NCBI GenBank assembly: GCA_045636325.1
Contig: JAZTXH010000016.1
Location: 82,956 to 146,955, forward strand
DNA: 64,000 bases
From: Clostridia bacterium
Lineage (GTDB): Bacteria > Bacillota > Clostridia > UBA1381 > UMGS1253
Direction of reading: 5' to 3'
Shown: positions 59,236-64,000 of the stretch, in pieces
Numbering within the stretch: position 1 is the stretch's first letter
Layout: each line of letters opens with the position of its first letter
Notes under the pieces: model-generated
What the model was told of the DNA's origin: nothing
The model's input: the letters and a program-made list of their open reading frames with translations, nothing else
The model's database searches: none
Translations under genes and position numbers: made by a program

Positions 59236-59359
59236 AAAGTCGAGCAAAAAAAGAACCAATCATCTGAGGCGTAGATGCCTACATAGCATCCTCTCCGACA
59301 AAAGGTTCTTTTAGCTTTGTTTTATCAAGTTAACTCAGAAAGGCAGAAAAATATGCTGA

Positions 59360-61147
59360 TCACGCGAGGGATTTCAAATATTCTTCAACGTTAAGATATT
59401 TGATTCCGTTAGCATTGGTAGTTTCACCGCGATAGATGACATATTTCCCTTTGATATCGCCAAACCGGAAGGCGGTATCTTTGCATTTTTGTTCATCAAT
59501 AAGATGCTGGTATTGCTTTGAAACAATCTCTTTACTGTATTTGATTTCATATATTTCGCAAGAAAGAGATTTTTCATCTGCGATGACCATATCAAATTCG
59601 CCTGTGGTGAATTGAAGCTTAAATACTTGCTTTTGAGGATATGCCATCTTTGTTTCCAAGAGAACAATTTCTTCCAGCATACGGCCTTTAACCTCGCTTA
59701 ATATTCTCTCAAGGATGTATGCTCTTTCGCTAGCTGAGAAATTACTGAATTTTTCATCCTGAAGAATAGAATTAACAAGTTCTGTAGCCTGTGAATATCT
59801 CATACCGGGCTGTGTAATTGTTGTTTTTTTATTGCCGGGGCTTACAACCGGTAAATATTCCTCGTCAATTTCCATTGTCAGATCAAGCAGAGAAAGGTAC
59901 TCCTTGATTTCTAATGCACAAGTTTCATCGATGTCTACTGATTGGTCTTCAATATTCAAAATTTTGAGAGTTTGCATAAGACGCTCTTCAACCGCATCTC
60001 TATCGATATTGCTTAATAAATCAACGCTGTTTTGCTTGTCTTTTAACAAATTGTTAGCGGAGATTGATAAGTCGGTAGACTTGAAGGTTTTTGTGAGTAC
60101 GTCCACAGTAAAACGATGGTTAATATCTTCTACTACACGGTTAATAGCGTTTGTAAGCTCACCTTTTTCGTATAAGGCAATCAGGTGTCTGAAATGAGTA
60201 CCGTGTTGATAATATTTAAGTGAGTGTTGAATATTTCTTGCTATTGCAGTGTCGATATATTCATCAGTTTTCTTGGGATCAGCAAATGGTGATTCTATGT
60301 TGTAATTTATACCACTAAGACTCATTGTGCCACCAAAGCGAATATATTCATCAATACCCTTAATTCCAAGAACCTTTTCAAATTCACGATAAGGAATAAA
60401 GGTTGTGTGAAGAGTGATACATCTGTCATATAATTCTTCGCTTTCAGTGAACAAAAAACCGAGTGAGTCTGTGCCGGAAAGAACTATTTTCATTCCGCAG
60501 GAAGCGTATATGTCAGAGAATAAAGCGGCACCTTCGATAAAGTCTTCCATCAGAGTTACTTCATCAATGAACACATATTTATATCCTTGCGTTTCAAGAT
60601 ATTTAAGGTCTTGGTTTAATTGTGAAAGATTATCCTGAGTTTTCACCTGTATAAATGCAGACTGTTGTAATTCGCTTTCTGTCATATTTGCGATGATCTG
60701 ACGAATAAGAGTTGTTTTACCGGTACGGCGCAGACCATAAAGGACAAAAACCTTATCCATATGGCCACCATAAATATATTCGTGGAGTTTACTATAGCAT
60801 TCTCTCTTTTTATAACTTTTAACCGATGAGGCATATTTTTTAAGTTGCTCACCAATACGAATATATGTGTTAAATTCGTGAGAGATTGAGCTTTTTGGAG
60901 TTGATGGAACTAATCTTTTTAATTCCTTTAACTCTTTTTCTAATTCTCTGCGTTTTTTAATTTGTGCTTTCAGTAATTCAACATCATCGAAGGCAACATA
61001 TGTTTCTTTAGATTTTCCATCTATGTTTACACGATGGTAATAATAAACTTTATCTTTAATAGTTTTTTTAGATACACTTCCCGGTGGGAGAGCAGCAATT
61101 TCCCGTTCGAGGTCAATAATACGCTCCATAACATCATTATTAGCCAT
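59360..61147 (-). CDS. AAA-type ATPase with a C-terminal PD-(D/E)xK-like (DUF4143-like) region, 595 aa
   Basis: Walker A is GLRRTGKTT and Walker B is YVFIDEV. The C-terminus contains GEFDMVIADE...CEIYEIKYS. Confidence 0.7.
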   Translation of the reverse strand: MANNDVMERIIDLEREIAALPPGSVSKKTIKDKVYYYHRVNIDGKSKETYVAFDDVELLKAQIKKRRELEKELKELKRLVPSTPKSSISHEFNTYIRIGEQLKKYASSVKSYKKRECYSKLHEYIYGGHMDKVFVLYGLRRTGKTTLIRQIIANMTESELQQSAFIQVKTQDNLSQLNQDLKYLETQGYKYVFIDEVTLMEDFIEGAALFSDIYASCGMKIVLSGTDSLGFLFTESEELYDRCITLHTTFIPYREFEKVLGIKGIDEYIRFGGTMSLSGINYNIESPFADPKKTDEYIDTAIARNIQHSLKYYQHGTHFRHLIALYEKGELTNAINRVVEDINHRFTVDVLTKTFKSTDLSISANNLLKDKQNSVDLLSNIDRDAVEERLMQTLKILNIEDQSVDIDETCALEIKEYLSLLDLTMEIDEEYLPVVSPGNKKTTITQPGMRYSQATELVNSILQDEKFSNFSASERAYILERILSEVKGRMLEEIVLLETKMAYPQKQVFKLQFTTGEFDMVIADEKSLSCEIYEIKYSKEIVSKQYQHLIDEQKCKDTAFRFGDIKGKYVIYRGETTNANGIKYLNVEEYLKSLA

Positions 61148-61167
61148 AAAAACACCTCCGTTTATTA

Positions 61168-61215
61168 GTTATACCCAATTATACCCTAAATATACATAAT
61201 TGTCAAGGGTATAAC
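61168..61215 (-). promoter_or_regulatory. consensus promoter bracketed by 9-bp inverted repeats (candidate operator)
   Basis: On the minus strand: TTGACA (61206-61201), a 17-nt spacer, and TATAAT (61183-61178). gttataccc (61168-61176) and gggtataac (61207-61215) are perfect inverted repeats. An extra ttataccc copy lies at 61179-61186. Confidence 0.55.
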
Positions 61216-61284
61216 TGATAAACAAATAATAAGTATTTCATCAAAAGAATAAGCAGGCGTTTCACCTACTTGGCATATACTGCG

Positions 61285-61479
61285 TTATTTCAGCTCGTCT
61301 GTGTCGGCATATGCTTGCCGCCGGTTACCACCTATACTCCGGAAGGTTTTCTGATTTAAAACATAATTTTTTACTACTTTTTGTGCAGCATGGGAAATAA
61401 AATCCTCTGCCATGAGTTGACTATCATTTTCATTATTTGGATTATGGAAAGTTATAATTAGTTTTTCATGTGTTTTCAT
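61285..61479 (-). CDS. hypothetical small protein (64 aa)
   Basis: It is the last gene of a tightly coupled 4-gene set. Its ATG lies 2 nt after the upstream stop. Confidence 0.4.
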   Translation of the reverse strand: MKTHEKLIITFHNPNNENDSQLMAEDFISHAAQKVVKNYVLNQKTFRSIGGNRRQAYADTDELK

Positions 61480-61481
61480 CT

Positions 61482-61976
61482 TTAGTCCCACAGTCTTCTT
61501 AGATGTTTTCGAAATAGTTGTATTCCTTCATCAAGAGACTTTTCCATAAAGTCAGTTTTTTCCTTTTCTTTTTTATGATAATTCTCGTCCAATTCATTAT
61601 CTGCGTGGCATATTAAACGACCTGCATTATAATCAATTTCTAATGTTTTAAGATATTCATCTCTATATGGATTTGTAAACTCAGTACTTCGCTCATCAGC
61701 ATTTCTAAAAGATTGAGCCATTGTTTTTATAATAATAACCCATTCTTCATCGGTCATATCTGAAGGATGTCCTGTATGTATCTTTATATATTCATCAAGC
61801 ATTTCAGGAACGATTGATAAAAACCAATTATCAATATCCCAGATATCTCTATAGCAATACCCTTTGTTTGCTCTCAGCCAAGCACAATGAATGTCTCTGA
61901 ATTTGTGTGCAATTACAGTCCATGGATGCAGTAAACAATATTTACGAGAATAGGCCACTGGTGTAAATATAGACAT
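61482..61976 (-). CDS. hypothetical protein (164 aa)
   Basis: Its ATG lies 4 nt after the upstream stop, with AAGGAGG inside the upstream gene. Confidence 0.5.
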   Translation of the reverse strand: MSIFTPVAYSRKYCLLHPWTVIAHKFRDIHCAWLRANKGYCYRDIWDIDNWFLSIVPEMLDEYIKIHTGHPSDMTDEEWVIIIKTMAQSFRNADERSTEFTNPYRDEYLKTLEIDYNAGRLICHADNELDENYHKKEKEKTDFMEKSLDEGIQLFRKHLRRLWD

Positions 61977-61980
61977 TACC

Positions 61981-62559
61981 TTAGTCCTCCTTACTGGTAG
62001 CAAGAATTTCGTCAAGCGTTATTGGTTCATAATTCCAATGCATGCAGCCAACATTATAAATTTCATTTTGAAATCCTCGGTCATTTAGATTTTTTGCTAT
62101 CTCTCGTTCAATATTTGATTCTTCAGAACTATGCGAATGACCATGGAGTAAGATTGTCTGGTAACGATGTGCATTATAAAATGGCATAAAATAGTGACTT
62201 AAGATGCATCTGCGCTTGTTGCCGTTTTCGAGAGTAACTACGATGTCATCATAATCCTTGATCCCCGCAAGAGCTTTTTTTGCCTTTGCATTATTAATAA
62301 ACCGATCATGATTCCCCTTGATAAGAATAATCTGTCCATTCAGACTCTTTATAAGCGGTTCTGCATAATCTGTGAGTGATTTCCAAATCATATCGCCAAG
62401 CACATAAACAAGATCGCCCTTACCAACTTTATTATTCCAACGTTTTATCATTTCCTCATCCATTTCTGATGCAGACGAAAAAGGCCTTTTATCAAATTGA
62501 ATAACGTTTTCATGACCAAAATGTGTGTCTGCTGTAAAAAAGATTTTTTGCATAAGCAT
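61981..62559 (-). CDS. calcineurin-like metallophosphoesterase
   Basis: Motifs are FFTADTHFGH, GDLVYVLGDM, KGNHD and LLHGHSH. Its ATG overlaps the upstream TGA (TGATG). Confidence 0.8.
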   Translation of the reverse strand: MLMQKIFFTADTHFGHENVIQFDKRPFSSASEMDEEMIKRWNNKVGKGDLVYVLGDMIWKSLTDYAEPLIKSLNGQIILIKGNHDRFINNAKAKKALAGIKDYDDIVVTLENGNKRRCILSHYFMPFYNAHRYQTILLHGHSHSSEESNIEREIAKNLNDRGFQNEIYNVGCMHWNYEPITLDEILATSKED

Positions 62560-63185
62560 CAATCCTCCGATGGTATCAATTTTACATCCCGTATATCTTG
62601 CCATACGCATTTTTCTGCAACAATATCAGTATTTTCATATGGCAAATTCATAAAAGAAATTATGTCTTCATTAGGAAAATAACTGTGGCAATATTTAGGA
62701 ATTATACCTTGCGGAACAACACCAACCTTTTCAGTTCCTTTCACGCGTTCTATAAAGTTCTCGCCATCGTTAATAATAACAGGAAGCCCAGCACGACACA
62801 AAGCTAAATAGAATTTTATAGTTTCTGTACTTCTGCCGTATGAAGAGCCGGCGAGAGATAAATAAAACCCTTCGTTGTCACAACGGACATATAAACTAAT
62901 GTGTGTTGAATTTCCACCACGACACACTTCCCAGGGATGTGCTCCGTGCCAATCGGGAGAATTAAGCCACTTTATAAAATCTTCAGAGGAATCTCCATCG
63001 ATATCTGCCAGATCAGCATCACGACCATCTGCAAAACGATAATATTGCTCCTTGGGTGACATATCTCCTATGTCATAACCCATAGCAGAGTATCCAATAG
63101 AACAGTAGTTATAGAAGTCGTTTGCAGTCATATTATAAAGTCTGCCATGGGTGCACCATTGAAATGAATCTCTTGCACCTTCCAA
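62559..63185 (-). CDS. hypothetical protein, 5' end uncertain or possibly truncated
   Basis: The only start available is a TTG without an SD, or an internal ATG at 63131. The upstream in-frame sequence is the antisense of a recombinase remnant. Confidence 0.4.
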   Translation of the reverse strand: MEGARDSFQWCTHGRLYNMTANDFYNYCSIGYSAMGYDIGDMSPKEQYYRFADGRDADLADIDGDSSEDFIKWLNSPDWHGAHPWEVCRGGNSTHISLYVRCDNEGFYLSLAGSSYGRSTETIKFYLALCRAGLPVIINDGENFIERVKGTEKVGVVPQGIIPKYCHSYFPNEDIISFMNLPYENTDIVAEKCVWQDIRDVKLIPSED

Positions 63186-63189
63186 ACAC

Positions 63190-63395
63190 GGACGAAGTGC
63201 AAGAATTTTCTTCTTTCGATTAATGAGAACTTGCGCAAAGTCAAGGAAACTACCATAAAAGTTTATAAAGAGATTGGAGCGATTAAAAAGATTGACAGAA
63301 GTGTAGTAGAAAAATTAATTGACAAGATGATAGTACATAGGGAAGGGAGAGTTGAAATCCAATGGAAATTTAAAGAAATTTTTCAAAGTGCATAA
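63190..63395 (+). pseudogene. 3' remnant of a large serine recombinase (DUF4368-like C-terminal tail)
   Basis: It translates to ...KNFLLSINENLRKVKETTIKVYKEIGAIKKIDRSVVEKLIDKMIVHREGRVEIQWKFKEIFQSA*. This resembles the conserved tail of TndX-type recombinases. No catalytic domain or start codon is present. Confidence 0.5.
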
Positions 63396-63715
63396 AAGCT
63401 TGACAGTATTGCAAAATGCAATCTGACAAGTCACTAAATTTAAAAGTTATAGTTTGCAATTTTTTAATATTTATGATAAAATACAAGAGCGAGAAAATAT
63501 AGCATTCTCGCTGGTCCTGAAAGTAAATTGTTCAAATAAAATCAGCTGAAAAATAGGAAAAATTCTTTAGTCCCTATTATTCACTGTTCACTGGGCTTGA
63601 CAAAAGTCGAATTGTGTCAGATATTGTAATTCTGTTTAAAATGTGCTATTATCCAAATATGATACTTATACTAGTGTAATAAAATTATATTTATAAATGT
63701 TGAAGGAGTGTTAAT

Positions 63716-64000
63716 ATGGAAGAAAAGATAAGACAATTTGAAATTGAAGCTAACAAGGCATATCAAAAAAACAAAGCAAAGGGTTTTGCAGAGGTATTAT
63801 CTGCGATGATTGTAGGAACTATATTTACAATACTTGCCATTGTGAGTACATACCAATTTTGCGTGTTTGCGATGGAAGGTGTTGATTTTAGTGCCTATCT
63901 TTCAAAAATATGGAATGATATTTTCGGAGCATTTATACCTGAAAGCGATGTAGGATATATAAAAATGTTTAAAGGGCTTGCAAGTGCATACGTATTTGTT
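63716..64000 (+). CDS. partial CDS (runs off the window), membrane protein
   Basis: The ATG follows GAAGGAG. The 95 open codons begin MEEKIRQFEIEANKAYQKNKAKGFAEVLSAMIVGTIFTILAIV.... Confidence 0.4.
   Translation, partial: MEEKIRQFEIEANKAYQKNKAKGFAEVLSAMIVGTIFTILAIVSTYQFCVFAMEGVDFSAYLSKIWNDIFGAFIPESDVGYIKMFKGLASAYVFV

Larger units (their letters stand above)
52500..63395. mobile_element. decayed integrated mobile element / accessory island (boundaries approximate)
   Basis: The region is AT-rich. It contains replication-initiator-like and RusA-like genes, a duplicated module with pseudogenised copies, orphan hypotheticals, and a large-serine-recombinase C-terminal remnant at the right end. 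No intact integrase was seen. Confidence 0.5.

Overview
This is a 64-kb window from a low-GC, spore-forming Firmicute, apparently Clostridia-like. Supporting genes are spmA/spmB, a SpoVB-like flippase, yabP/yabQ, a pdaA-like deacetylase, and dockerin- and SLH-bearing secreted proteins. Positions 1-52,500 look like core chromosome. In order they contain: a GT2 plus GT-C glycosylation pair; a T-box-controlled long-form ileS; a ROK glucokinase; ylxM-ffh-rpsP-KH, interrupted by two large paralogous SLH surface-protein genes before rimM-trmD; spmB-spmA-spoVB; ymdB-rny; CIRCE-hrcA-grpE-dnaK-dnaJ; tRNA-Arg(CCG); the mazG-hup-yabO-yabP-yabQ-divIC-yabR block; a murT-gatD-hisH-like-hisF-like operon divergent from ddh; and an AraC/PocR-controlled sugar operon (DUF4432 epimerase-like, fucose-isomerase-like, FGGY kinase, class II aldolase). 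Positions 52,500-63,400 are an AT-rich accessory island that looks like a decayed integrated mobile element. It holds an ORF-free, repeat-dense structured region, a tandemly duplicated 3-gene module with one decayed copy, an AAA/PD-(D/E)xK-like ATPase, a translationally coupled 4-gene operon with a metallophosphoesterase, and the 3' remnant of a large serine recombinase. The observations most worth following up are listed here. (1) MurT/GatD is fused in one operon with a HisH/HisF-like amidotransferase, while GatD has the expected Cys and His positions swapped. (2) The 450-nt ORF-free region at the island edge carries 4 forward and 4 inverted RTGAATTG repeats between a promoter and a strong terminator. 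(3) There is a candidate type I toxin-antitoxin locus at the window start. (4) A 39-aa peptide gene with a consensus promoter sits next to a degenerate radical-SAM activase remnant. No CRISPR array, rRNA or reverse transcriptase was seen. All homology calls come from motif recognition by eye, not database searches.
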